From the NCBI GenBank assembly GCA_040285825.1, contig JAUPSS010000006.1, positions 1,178,001 to 1,242,000 on the forward strand: 64,000 nucleotides of DNA. Direction: 5' to 3'. Origin of the DNA: Eukaryota sp. TZLM1-RC (taxonomy: Eukaryota; Protista; Metamonada: BaSk clade). The notes beneath the pieces were generated by a model. That model was not told where the DNA came from and made no database searches. It saw only the letters and a program-made list of their open reading frames with translations. The position numbers and the translations under genes were made by a program. This document shows, piece after piece, positions 1-10,974 of this stretch (position 1 is its first letter; each line of letters opens with the position of its first letter).

Positions 1-30
1 TTTTAAAATCTTGTGAATAGAAGAAATCTC

Positions 31-765
31 TTAATTTATTGAATTTGCACACTTGATTAAATTAAATCATAACTAATGGGACGACTATCATTAAACCAAG
101 ATTTTCTCTACAAAATCTTGATTTGCTTGCTGTCTAGCTAAAGCTTCTCTAATTCGATTGAAAAACCGCGGTAATCTATTAATAATGGCAAATTGAATCC
201 GTGAACGGCCTAAAAAATATCAAATCTTTTCATTGTTTTTTCTTTCACCATTTTTTGGAAGTCATCCAAAAAAGTTTCTGCTTCAACTGATAATCTTCCA
301 TTTATCGAAAATGGGAAAGCAATAAAAACCAGCTGTGTATTTCTATCGATATTTGCATCTTCAATTTCTTTATCATATTTTCTATGTTTTTCTTTTGCTT
401 TAAAATCCAGAGCAGCCACAGGATTAAGTTTTCTTCTGTGAACCAAAGTATCGTTTGCAACATTACATGAGACAAAGTCAACAATAGCTTCAGAATTATC
501 AATCCAATCACAGTCTACATCACGTCTATCATCAGAACCAAAACTATTAAAAGAAAGTGTTTCTTTCAGCAGTAGGCTCTTTGATACACGAGATTCTTGC
601 AGTTCGTGCCACATTATAACCAGTGTCTCTAACAACATCATGTAATGAAGAACGATAAGCCATCAATGTCGAACAATTCAGAGCATGACGCTAAAAGAGC
701 TGTGGTGAATTCAAGCAAATAAATTTTTCTTTTGATAATTATTGATTAATGGGAATATTCAAATA
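31..765 (-). mobile_element. 5'-truncated, degenerate copy of CRE-like non-LTR retrotransposon family A (endonuclease region + 3' UTR)
   Basis: Near-identical to 34540-35270; ORF 210-641 matches the C-terminus of the 34599 ORF (DVxCDWIDNSEAIVDFVSC...KAKEKHRKY). Confidence 0.92.
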
Positions 766-984
766 ATTACGGGTGTGCTGGATGAGAAGGATGGTGTGTT
801 TTGTTTGCATTGAAATCAGCTTATTGTGTATAAACCAAGAATTGTGAACTTTTTTTAATTTCCAATTTATTATTTTCCAGAAACTAAACATAAAAATTGA
901 TATTCTAAATCTGGATAGCCAACAAGAATTGACTGGAAGTTTTTTCTTCAAAAAAGCGATCAAGAAATAATAAAGCAGAAAACA

Positions 985-1395
985 ATAATGGGACAACACC
1001 TTTAAAATTGAAAATACAATTCTGTTCCCCCAAAACGTTTTATCAAACATTCTTCCTGTACATTGTTTTACAACATTGTTTTAACCAAATCATTCAAAAA
1101 AGATGAAGCAAGTGGTCCAAGCGTATCATGTAAGGAGAAAGTAAATGGACAGAGGACATGATGAGTGTGAGATTCAGCATTCAAAAAAACCAACTTTGCT
1201 GCATATTTATCCATTTTAGGATTTTCAGCAACAGACTGCGGATTCTTGTGTTTTGACTGAACTGATGATATGGAAGAATTGTTACACACATCAGTTTATC
1301 TCACATCAGTAATGATAGTGGTCCCATCAAGTCCTTCAAGCATTAAATCACCTCCGTTGCGACCAAAAGAATTCAAAGTATCTTCATCAACCAAA
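985..1395 (-). mobile_element. Degenerate fragment of non-LTR family B (endonuclease C-terminal part)
   Basis: Peptides HVLCPFTFSL and FWGNRIVFSILK match family B LCPFVFSL and YWQNRIVFSIFK (11098-11970). Confidence 0.75.
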
Positions 1396-1565
1396 CGAAA
1401 AAACGTGGTCAAAGTAGCAAAAAACCTCACGTGAAATATTTAAAGAATTTAAGATGTGAGTTTTTTTCCTGAAACCCAAAACAGTTTTTGTCTTTGAGCA
1501 ACAAATGTTCTGTAAATAATGAAGTTGTAAGCAATAAAAACGATTTGTGACTCTACATATCTATA

Positions 1566-3743
1566 ATGGGTGGGCATCCTGGTAGCTTCTTGTGTCTGGT
1601 TCACAGAGGTTTGCTCCTTGAACCGGGTGTTCTCCCATGTGGCCATTCGTTTTGCGACTCCTGCCTAGATGAGTGGTTAGTGCTGATCCAAACTTGTCCT
1701 TCCTGTAGAACTGCTGCTTCTCACGATATATCTAGAAACAATCAGCTAGAAGACCATATCAAGGATGTTCTTAAGCCAAATGTCATCCAGTCCGATGACC
1801 TGAAAAATTTGTCTCGTTTGAAACGCACTCCGAGCGCCACCATTCATGCCGCAGTAGTGAATCAGACAGATGTGATCTGAAAGCAGCCTTTTTTCTCCGA
1901 AGAGGACCTTGAACTTGTTCGAGAAGTTGTTGCTAAAGTTTATCAAGTATATCGGTTTCTCAACTCACCGTCTCACATGGTCAGTGTTTTAGGTGTTACT
2001 CTCGACCCCCCAGGTATTGTGGAAGAACGATTGTCTTGTTCTATCCAAGATTTTTTCAACCACAAGCGAGCTTTTAATACAACGGAAGCGTTTATCGTTG
2101 TCGAAGCAATATCTCTAGCTGTCTTGTGCTTCCATAAAGCAGGTTTTGTTCACCGTGATATTTATGCTGGAAACGTGTTACTCAAGCTCCGTGGTCAGGC
2201 TGTTGTCGCTGCAAAGTTGGGATATTTTTATGATTCCAGAGCAAGTGACGTTATTCTTACCCAAGCTGATCTTGGAACAGTTGCTTATGTGGCACCTGAA
2301 TTACTCCTTGGGGATTCTCCTGAAGCCAGTACTAAAGCGGACATTTTTTCTTTGGGCGTGTTGTTTTGGGGTGTTTTGGCCAATATTGATCCATCACAAG
2401 TTTTTTCGAACCCTGCCCATCTTCAAATTGGTAGAATTTCTTCTCAAGGTGTTGCTTTTGTTGATCTGGATTCGTTGCCCAATATATGGAAGCCTTTGAT
2501 TAAAGTTATGGTCAATCCTAAAGATGAAGATCGCCCGCAGATTGACGAGGTTGTTGACAAAGTGCGAAGCTTGAGAGTCGAAGCCCTACATCAATTTCAA
2601 CCTGCCAACACCACAATTGAATTTTTGCAGAAGCGAATTGCCGAGGTAGAATCAGCCAATCATCAAATCACAAACAACATGGAAAATCAAGCTGTCAGAA
2701 TTGCTGAATTGGAAAAAGACAAAGCTTCATTAGAACAATCATTGACAATTAGTAGTGATACTATTTCCACTCAATATGCTCAAATTGCCAGTCTTGAATC
2801 TGTTAAGTCTGAATTGGAAAAGAGGATTGTTGAATTGGAGTCAAGGATAAATAACGTCAATGTTGATGAACATCCCTCACCAAAGGAACGCATTATTCAA
2901 GTCATCAAATCACTTGTTGATTGGAATAATCTTAGCGATGATGATAAGGAGGATATTTGGGATGAGGATGTTAGCGATTTGAACCTTTTATCTCGCCCCA
3001 TTGGCCCTGAAGGCGCTATTGCACTTGCCCTTGCTCTTGAGACTCATCCATTTTTTCATAGTTTGAATCTTGATGGCTGCAACATTGGACCTGAAGGCGC
3101 TGTTGCATTTGCCCGTGTTCTCGAGACTCATCCATCTTTTGACAGTTTGAATCTTGATTCCAACAACATTCGATCTGAAGGTGCTAGTGCAGTCGCTCGT
3201 GCTCTCGAGACTAATTCCTCTCTTCTGTATTTGGATCTTCGGTGCAACAACATCGGCTCTGAAGGTGTTAGTGCTCTCGCCCGAGCTCTCGAAACTAATT
3301 CATCTCTTTCTGTTTTGAATCTTCACAGTAACAACATTGGCTTTGAAGGTGTTAGTGCTCTCGCCCGAGCTCTCGAAACTAATTCATCTCTTTCTGTTTT
3401 GAATCTTCACAGTAACAACATTGGCTTTGAAGGCGCTATTGCACTGGCCAGTTCTCTCGAGACAAATTCATCTCTTTCTGTTTTGTCTCTATTCGCCAAC
3501 AACATTGGCCCTGAAGGCACTATTGCACTTGCCCGTGCGCTCGAGACTAATTCGTCTCTGTCTCAATTGTATCTTGCCTGGAACAACATTGGCCCGGAAG
3601 GCGCTATAGCACTTGCCCGTGCGCTCGAGACTAACTCGGTTCTTTCGCATTTAGATCTTGGCTACAACAACATAGGCAATTCAGCCACATCCAAACTCAA
3701 ACAAATAGCATCTAAACGTCGTTTTGTCAGAGTTGTTTTTTGA
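1566..3743 (+). CDS. RING finger - protein kinase-like - coiled coil - RNI-type LRR protein, interrupted by one in-frame TGA at 1878-1880 (possible pseudogene)
   Basis: ORFs 1566-1880 (LPCGHSFCDSCL...CPSCR) and 1977-3743 (HRDIYAGN, GTVAYVAPE, ADIFSLG; 28-aa LRRs) share a frame and the interval between them is open apart from the single TGA. The DFG position reads GYF. Confidence 0.8.
2983..3690 (+). repeat. About eight 84-bp (28-aa) leucine-rich repeats, including an exact 84-bp tandem duplication 3260-3343/3344-3427
   Basis: Repeated LxLxxNNIGxEGAxALARALETNSSL units seen directly. Confidence 0.9.
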
Positions 3744-3845
3744 TAAACACATTTTTAATTCCATTTCAGAGTTCTATAACAAGCGAGGTGGTAACCAAGT
3801 GAATGGCAGAGAGTGATCTGTTCTTCAATATTGAATTTCTATCAA

Positions 3846-4430
3846 CCTCTCACTACCATCCATCATTATCTCGTTGCAATGGTTTAATAATATCTGCGTT
3901 GAATCGAGCAAAAGGACGATCTTCCAAAGAAAACCAGATGATTCAATGATTTTTTAGGCATATGTGCCGTCTTTTGACATGCTGGGCATCTCTTAATATG
4001 ATTAATCATGTCTTTGCGCATGTCGGGCCAAAAGTAAGCACTATTGAGTAATTCCTTTACACTAATCGTCACACTAGGATGGTCAACATTTGCATGTCCA
4101 TGGATAATAGTTCAAGTCTGCTTCTTTCGACTATCTGGGATAACAATCTTCCCACGATTGATACAATTTTGGTAAATTGTTAATTTCCTCGAAATTAAAT
4201 AATTTTTCTACACTGCCACCAGGGAAAATTAGTAAAGAAAATAATCTGCTAAAGAATGCAATAGCTACAAATTTTCTATTAATTAGCGGTGTCATAGGAT
4301 CTTTTGGTGGGTTAACATCTTGCCATATTACTCAACCTACAGCCACATCAGCACTTATTAAAATATGCTTGTCTTCTGAGGATAATTCTAGAGGGATGTT
4401 TGCCTTAATAAGATTAATGATCTTACCAAA
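3846..4430 (-). mobile_element. Degenerate Ty3/Gypsy pol relic (RNase H and integrase zinc finger)
   Basis: YFWPDMRKDMINHIKRCPACQKTA and SADVAVG.VIWQ...AFFSRL resemble the pol of the intact LTR element at 24830-25720. Confidence 0.75.
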
Positions 4431-4739
4431 GGCCTTGGTCAACTCAAGATCAAGATCAAGGAAGGCTAGAGAAATCGAAGTTTTGACTCAACAGGTGATA
4501 GATGATAACAGCGGATAAACTGTTCTTGTCTCCAGTCCTTATCCAAAAGGCATTGTAATCAACAAAGGATTCAGTGAGTTGGTAAAAATTATTTCCTTTA
4601 TTCTTAATGAATACCATAATTTTTTTCCCAAATCAGCATTGTAACTGATTTTGTATATGTTTGAATTTATTGATTGTTTCATATTAAATAACATTATATT
4701 GATAAATTCAATTTTTAGATAAAAAATTCAAAGTATACA

Positions 4740-4876
4740 ATTGAATGTTGACAATTCAATAAAACCATTGCAGTTGGTCTAAGAGTATTGTTTTTGATAC
4801 AATTTACTGAGGCTCATATAAAATTCCTTATCCGTACATTGACCAATGGTTGTTTATTACAATCATTGGTCAAATC
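4740..4876 (+). repeat. Dispersed ~135-bp repeat; inverted copy at 7097-7235
   Basis: TTTACTGAGGCTCATAT...TGGTTGTTTAT.ACAATCATTGGTCAAATC present in both, in opposite orientation. Confidence 0.75.
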
Positions 4877-5519
4877 AGCACAGTCGATTTTTGCGACCAT
4901 ATGTATAACAATTGTGGCGTCAAAATAGTTTGGGTGGTATGAAGACCTGGATTGGTATATGATGCGTGTTCAATGATTCGGCCAAGGATGAATTTATGTG
5001 TCAATATTGTATTGACACTTACTACGTAAATGCTCATGATTGCGTTTTTCATTGATATTGTATTTACTTGAATTGATGTCAAAAATCAAAAATATTGCAT
5101 TTTTGAAATGACAATTTAAATAATAATAGTTCAATGTTATTGTTAATGCGTCTCATATGATTATAAGGAAAAGCATAGGGTGTGTTGTATTTAATTCGTA
5201 TATTTATGATTAACAGATAGGCTTGGCTGCATTGGCTTATTATTACCTGTCAAACGAGGGTTTCAATCATGGGTAAGGTGAGTAGTCAGATATGTGTTTA
5301 CTAGAAACAATGATCACATTTCAAAATTAACTGTTGAATTAATTCCTTAAAGATTTTTGATTAATTTGTTTTCAATGGTGAATTCAAGAAGCTGATTTAA
5401 TGTCTATGTTTTGAACTTTGATTGATTGAATAGACTTTTAATTTTGAACAGTTTAAATTCTGATGTTCCAAGCAGTCAAATGAAGTCAACCAGAAGGTTA
5501 CCAATTTAACTAACTTAAC

Positions 5520-6135
5520 ATGACCATCTCTGTATTGTTCAAAATTGATAACTTATCGTTCTTCATTACATGATGCTGTTAGAGACACTGTTTCAATATG
5601 GCACAAACTGCAAGAATCTCGTGTATCAAAGAGCCTCTGCTGAAGGAAACACGGTCATTGAATAACTTTGGTTCTGATGATAGAGGTGATGTATACTGTG
5701 ATTGGATTGAGAACTCCGAGGCTGTTGTTGACTTTGTCTCCTGTAATGTTGCAATTGACACTTCGGTTCAAAGAAGAAAACTTAATCCTGTAAGTGCACT
5801 TGAATTTAAAGCTAAAGAAAAACATAGAAAATATGACCGATATCGAAGAAACTAGTGCTGATAAAAATAGAACACTTTTTTATTGTTTTCCTATTTTCGA
5901 TAAACGAAGACTTTCATCAGAAGCAAGAACTTTTTTGAATGATTTCCAAAAATGGTTCAAGAAAAAACAATGAAAAGATTTGATGCAATTAATAGATTAC
6001 CTCGGTTTTTCAATCGAATTAGAGAAGCTTTAGCTAGACATCAAGCAAATCAAGATGTTGTAGAGGAAATCTTGGTTCAATGAATTGCGTCCCATTTGTT
6101 ATGAGTTAATTTAATTAAGTGTGCATGTTCAATAC
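5520..6135 (+). mobile_element. Degenerate 3' fragment of non-LTR family A
   Basis: ORF 5598-5855 (MAQTARISCIKEPLLKE...DRGDVYCDWI) matches the 34599 ORF; family A 3' UTR motif present. Confidence 0.9.
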
Positions 6136-6416
6136 ATTGAAAACATCATTATAATCAGTTGATAGACCAATATCTGATCAACTTCTTGATGATTGAGATT
6201 GTAACACCCACAATGAAAAGCAAGATTGGTCTGTCTTTGGCTTGTCTTCAACTCGCTCAATGTTTTTTCGAACCCATAATTTGAGTTCCACAGTCATCAT
6301 AATCACATACAATCTGATAGTAGATTCCTCACAAGTTATCAATCCAATTGACAGACAATGGTTGAGAAATCAAGGAATTTTAAATAGTAAATAATGATGT
6401 TGCAGTTCTTTTAGTG

Positions 6417-6618
6417 TGAATAATGCATTCATACAAGCAACAAAAATGAATGAATTGTTTCTAAAATTCAATACAACTACTTGTTTATGGATTTATTGTC
6501 ATCAGCTTGCATGATTTAATGAAGCAAAGCCTAGATAACACGTAAGCATAACAAGTAATGTCCTTTTAACCAATTTCTCTCACCATTCCTCATCTTCTTC
6601 ATCCAATGTCTCACCTGA
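6417..6618 (+). pseudogene. Orphan copy of the TRIM-family upstream region plus first codons (ATG TCT CAC CTG)
   Basis: Matches 52434-52513 and the reverse complement of 32763-32960; the ORF does not continue. Confidence 0.75.
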
Positions 6619-7444
6619 TGGGAGGCACTGATTGTAGAGGACAGATAGACTTTCTAAAACACAAATATCACCACCCTCCCCATCTTGACAAACCCACCTA
6701 ACACAATATAGAACACATTTTCCAAAACAATAAAATTGTAAATGAATAACACCTTGCAGTCTCGCTCTCCAAGATTACACTGTTGGAAGAACTGTCTCAC
6801 TATTATATCATTATTCATACAGAAAAGTGTTTAATTTTATGCCGACTCTGACCACTTCATTGGCTTCAATTGATTATTGACTATTTTTAGAATATATCTA
6901 ACGTAAACAAGAAATTTTTTGAATTTAAGTTGAATAAAACAAAAGAACAATATTTATTTATCATTTTATAAGTTTACAAAACATTGCTTGATTACACTTC
7001 AAATGTAATTAAAACATTGATTGCAAGGTAATTTTGTACCACTAATACGACTTTAACATCACAATTGTTATATTAATTGTCCCAAAATGGACTTTAAAGA
7101 TTTGACCAATGATTGTGATAAACAACCATCGGTCAATATACGAAACTAGGAACTTCATATGAGCCTCAGTAAATCGTATAAAAAACGATACTCTTACACT
7201 TACAGCAATGGTTATATTAGTTTGCAACATTCAATTGTTGGCTTTCTTTCTTTTGAAATTTATAAATCCAATATTTTCAATTTGATGTTAAAACTTTAAT
7301 TAACTCCATTGATTCAAACAAATACAAAAACAATTGAAAAAATTAACTTAAAACAAGAATAAAAATAAAATAAAAGAAATTAACATTCCAAAAACGAAAA
7401 TAAAAGTAAAACCTCAAAACAAAACACATTGAAAAAAACCAATG

Positions 7445-10400
7445 CTATATCTGATTCGGCTTAAACGTTAACAAATCTCCAATAAAACTATAACTATCAT
7501 TCAAATGCGTGACAATCAATGCCATCAAAGGTTCATATTTGTGTCTAATGCAAGGTCCTCTGAGCAGATTCTTTACCAGTCTTATAGCTGAAAACGTTCG
7601 TTGATCCAGATTGCGACTAGTGGCAATATCTTTTAGCAAAGAAGCACAGTAATTAGATAATCGCTCACATTCAACTGAGTGTTGGTCGTCTGAATCCTTA
7701 CAAACCAACCCTAGCAGCAAGTCAAGGCACTCTTGCTTCAACAACTTGTACACAAGCTTTTGTGCCCTAGGATAGACCCTAGCTTTTCTCAGTGGATTCA
7801 TTTTGTTTGTGGCGGCAGTCAAGCAGATGGAAACATATTCTAATATTTCTTGATCTAATGTTAATAAAAGTGTTAGGAGGGCCTGCTCTGAAAAAGGAAC
7901 CCCATTCTTGTTCATGAATTCACGTAAAGGAGAGAGATCTTGGCAGTGGATTAAATCATTCAAATCAAGGCCAGCTACGAATGAATGTGATGGCATGAAC
8001 TTGTTGCGATAAAAACCCGTAAGATCAAAGGGACCATCATCCTTTGTCTGAGAGGAAAGCATAATCTCAATGTGATAAGGATCAGTACTAGAAAACTTTG
8101 TCTTTAAAGTGAAAGATTCAACAAGAGAATCAAAGTAGATCAAACATCCGGGTAAGAGAAAACAGACAAAAAGCATACTTAACAATGTTCCTCTAGCAAG
8201 CAGTGATCCGACAGTTTTGGTAGAATCTTGACTGGAAATGAAGGCGACGCTGAGACCAGCAGACATTAAAATGACACCAGAAGTTACAATGGTAGGAAAT
8301 GAATCTCTAACGGCAATTTTGAGAGCGCTCTTCTTGGTCCAATCTTTTCTATAATCGAGGTAGGAGGAAGTTAATAGGATAGCATAGTCAACGGCACTTC
8401 CCATTTGTATAGCAATCACAACCAAGTAGGATAAAAAGAAAATAGATTCGCCTTGTACAAAGGAAATGCTCATGGACGCCCAAATGGCTCCTTGAATGAC
8501 AACGATGAGTAGGATAGGAACTACAAGCGACATAAAAGCCAGCATGACTAAAATGACAATTGAAACAACTGTAATAATGTTGATTTTGTAGAGATCATTC
8601 ATGAAGGATTTCTCAGTATCATAGGTGGACACTATTAAGCCAGCAACAAAAGTTTCTGCACCAAATTGGGTTTGGCTAGAATTTCGAAGAAATTCGACAG
8701 TGGCAAAGGTGTCATCTCCTTCATGCTCAACATCCAAGTTAAGAATTATTCTTTGTGTGGAAATTCCTCGAAGGTTAATCTTAGCCAGCTCCAATTGATC
8801 CAAAACTTCATCCATCACTTCATGGTCCTCTTCCGACATAAAGTCCTTCACAAACTTGTTGGTGTTACGTTTTTTATCCAAGAAATGTACCAGTTCCCGT
8901 GCAGGAACTGGAACAGAAACTACCTTATCATTTTCAGCAAAGTACGCAGCATAAACTAATATGGCCAGATCTTCTTCTATTTCAGTGACTGTTGCAAACT
9001 CCGTGAATGTAAGCTTATTATCAGCATCTTCAACCAAATCCATCATATCAGCAAACTGTTGTGCCTGAATTTCGTTGAAAGGTAAATGCCCCTGCTCGTC
9101 CAAGCTTTGCATGTAAAATAATAGATCAGAAAACTTAATCAATGATGCCGGGTTGAAACTACCATCAAAAATAGCCTGAGTAACCTCTCTGACTTGTTCT
9201 TCATATGTTGCATTCCAATCGAAATTTTCGGTAAAATAGGAATAGTAAATGACAGTCATCATTGGCTCAGGCATTCCCAACAATTCGGCACTTTCTTCAA
9301 TTGTCAACATGTTATCTAAATTTTTAAAAATCAAATGGATTTGTTGTAATTGTTCTTTTTCCGATGGGTCCATGAGATCAGCAATTTCTGGTTCCTTCGT
9401 CGCTTCATATACAAAATGAATGGCATCAGCCAGTATAATTTCATCTGGATCCTGGTATCCTTTTTCTAAATAGTAATAGGCAAATAGAAGATTTGCAGTC
9501 TCCTTGGTCATGTCGCTTTGTTTTGGTAAATCTTTAGGCACAAGTGGCTGATATACAGTATTGGAAAGGGCTAGATACGATGACAGTACTGGAGAATCAC
9601 CAATGTGAAAACCTTCAACAATGTCAATAAACTCCTGCTCATCACTGTAAGTAGAATTAATTCCTTCCTTCTCATACAGCACCATGACCACCTGAGATGC
9701 ACCAAATTCACTCTCAATGCGGTCTCTTTCATCGCTATGAGGAACATCAGTAAAGAGATAGGTGTTGTGTGTTTGAATAAAAAAAGTAATTGCAACAATG
9801 GCGGCTGTCAAGAAGAACAACATTTTGGATCGCTTAATGGAATAATTAGCAAAGGTCTGGCCAGTGAGACTTGTTGCCTTTTTCTTTGTTCGTTCACAAA
9901 GAGTGTGCAACATCACTAAAAGTCCAGACATTATGAAAAACACGGAAACCAATGAAAAGAAAATTCCCTTTGCTAGGACCACCCCAATATCCCTTCCCAT
10001 TCTGTATTCCATAAAAGTCAATGCCATCATTCCAGCAATGGTAGTCAAACTAGAAGAACTGATGGGAATGATTGAGGCAGCAAGGGCATCAATCATCGCT
10101 TTCTCACTTGAGGCTTGCTTATCCAACTCTTGGCGGTAGCGGTTGAGCAGAATGATAGAGTAGTCCATAGACAAACCTAGTTGGAGGACGCTTGAGATTG
10201 AGTTTGTAATGTATGAAATGTTTTCAAAAATAACATTTGTTCCGTTGTTTAGTGCAATAGCGACCAAGACAACGATGCCAAAGATCAAGGGGTGCAGGTA
10301 AGATGTGGACATGATGGTCAAAACTAGTACAAGGATCGCCGTTGATGAACCCACAATAAGAGTCATTTCCTGCGTGAGATTAGACTTTGTGTTGTAATTG

Positions 10401-10852
10401 TCCACAGCTGCTCCACTCATTGAAACAGTGTGGTCAGAAAGAGAGTCACGGATGGATTTAATGGTGGTCTCTGCTTCTAGACTGTAGTCGTCGTGTGAGA
10501 GCGTCACTTGGAAGAGAGCATTTCTCCTTGAATAGTGACTCTCATCATTGACATTGAAAGAAACAAAATCCACTCCCGTTATGTCTTCTAATATAGAATG
10601 TATGTCATTTGCAGTGTTTTTGTTTACATTAGAAACCATGACAGAAATGGCCCCTCCTGTGTCAAACTCTTCTTCTACAAGATTTAAAGCGATGTATGTC
10701 TCACTGTCAGGGGGAAGATAGCTGGAACCATCATAGTTGATTTCTACTTGGGAGGACAATCTTAGAGAAGCAGCTGTAAGTACAAGAAAAAGAACAAAGA
10801 TGGGGCCTCGCCTGAAAACAATAAAGCAAGCAAGCCTATATATAAGTGTCAT
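7445..10852 (-). CDS. MMPL/RND-family membrane transporter of bacterial type with an extra ~210-aa C-terminal extension
   Basis: Two RND TM repeats with LQLGLSMDYSIILLNRYRQE and IQMGSAVDYAILL motifs, SSSLTTIAG, large extramembrane loops; 1135 aa, intronless. Confidence 0.88.
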   Translation of the reverse strand: MTLIYRLACFIVFRRGPIFVLFLVLTAASLRLSSQVEINYDGSSYLPPDSETYIALNLVEEEFDTGGAISVMVSNVNKNTANDIHSILEDITGVDFVSFNVNDESHYSRRNALFQVTLSHDDYSLEAETTIKSIRDSLSDHTVSMSGAAVDNYNTKSNLTQEMTLIVGSSTAILVLVLTIMSTSYLHPLIFGIVVLVAIALNNGTNVIFENISYITNSISSVLQLGLSMDYSIILLNRYRQELDKQASSEKAMIDALAASIIPISSSSLTTIAGMMALTFMEYRMGRDIGVVLAKGIFFSLVSVFFIMSGLLVMLHTLCERTKKKATSLTGQTFANYSIKRSKMLFFLTAAIVAITFFIQTHNTYLFTDVPHSDERDRIESEFGASQVVMVLYEKEGINSTYSDEQEFIDIVEGFHIGDSPVLSSYLALSNTVYQPLVPKDLPKQSDMTKETANLLFAYYYLEKGYQDPDEIILADAIHFVYEATKEPEIADLMDPSEKEQLQQIHLIFKNLDNMLTIEESAELLGMPEPMMTVIYYSYFTENFDWNATYEEQVREVTQAIFDGSFNPASLIKFSDLLFYMQSLDEQGHLPFNEIQAQQFADMMDLVEDADNKLTFTEFATVTEIEEDLAILVYAAYFAENDKVVSVPVPARELVHFLDKKRNTNKFVKDFMSEEDHEVMDEVLDQLELAKINLRGISTQRIILNLDVEHEGDDTFATVEFLRNSSQTQFGAETFVAGLIVSTYDTEKSFMNDLYKINIITVVSIVILVMLAFMSLVVPILLIVVIQGAIWASMSISFVQGESIFFLSYLVVIAIQMGSAVDYAILLTSSYLDYRKDWTKKSALKIAVRDSFPTIVTSGVILMSAGLSVAFISSQDSTKTVGSLLARGTLLSMLFVCFLLPGCLIYFDSLVESFTLKTKFSSTDPYHIEIMLSSQTKDDGPFDLTGFYRNKFMPSHSFVAGLDLNDLIHCQDLSPLREFMNKNGVPFSEQALLTLLLTLDQEILEYVSICLTAATNKMNPLRKARVYPRAQKLVYKLLKQECLDLLLGLVCKDSDDQHSVECERLSNYCASLLKDIATSRNLDQRTFSAIRLVKNLLRGPCIRHKYEPLMALIVTHLNDSYSFIGDLLTFKPNQI

Positions 10853-10974
10853 AAAACAGAGGGCAGGGTCCAGAAGGAAGCTCTATTAGGCTGTTTCAGT
10901 TATTTCAGTTATGTTTTTTTGTTCATCAATTTTGTTTCACTTTTGAAATGAGAAAAGAACATTGTTTCCATTCA

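Noticed and set aside
1878-1880. Alternative genetic code (TGA=Trp or TAA=Gln)
   Set aside because: HDAC and Cwc21 end in TGA and TRIM genes end in TAG or TAA at homologous positions. The internal stops are isolated and one substitution from the expected codon.
2983-3690. CRISPR-like array
   Set aside because: These are in-frame 84-bp coding LRRs with no repeat-spacer structure, in a eukaryotic context.
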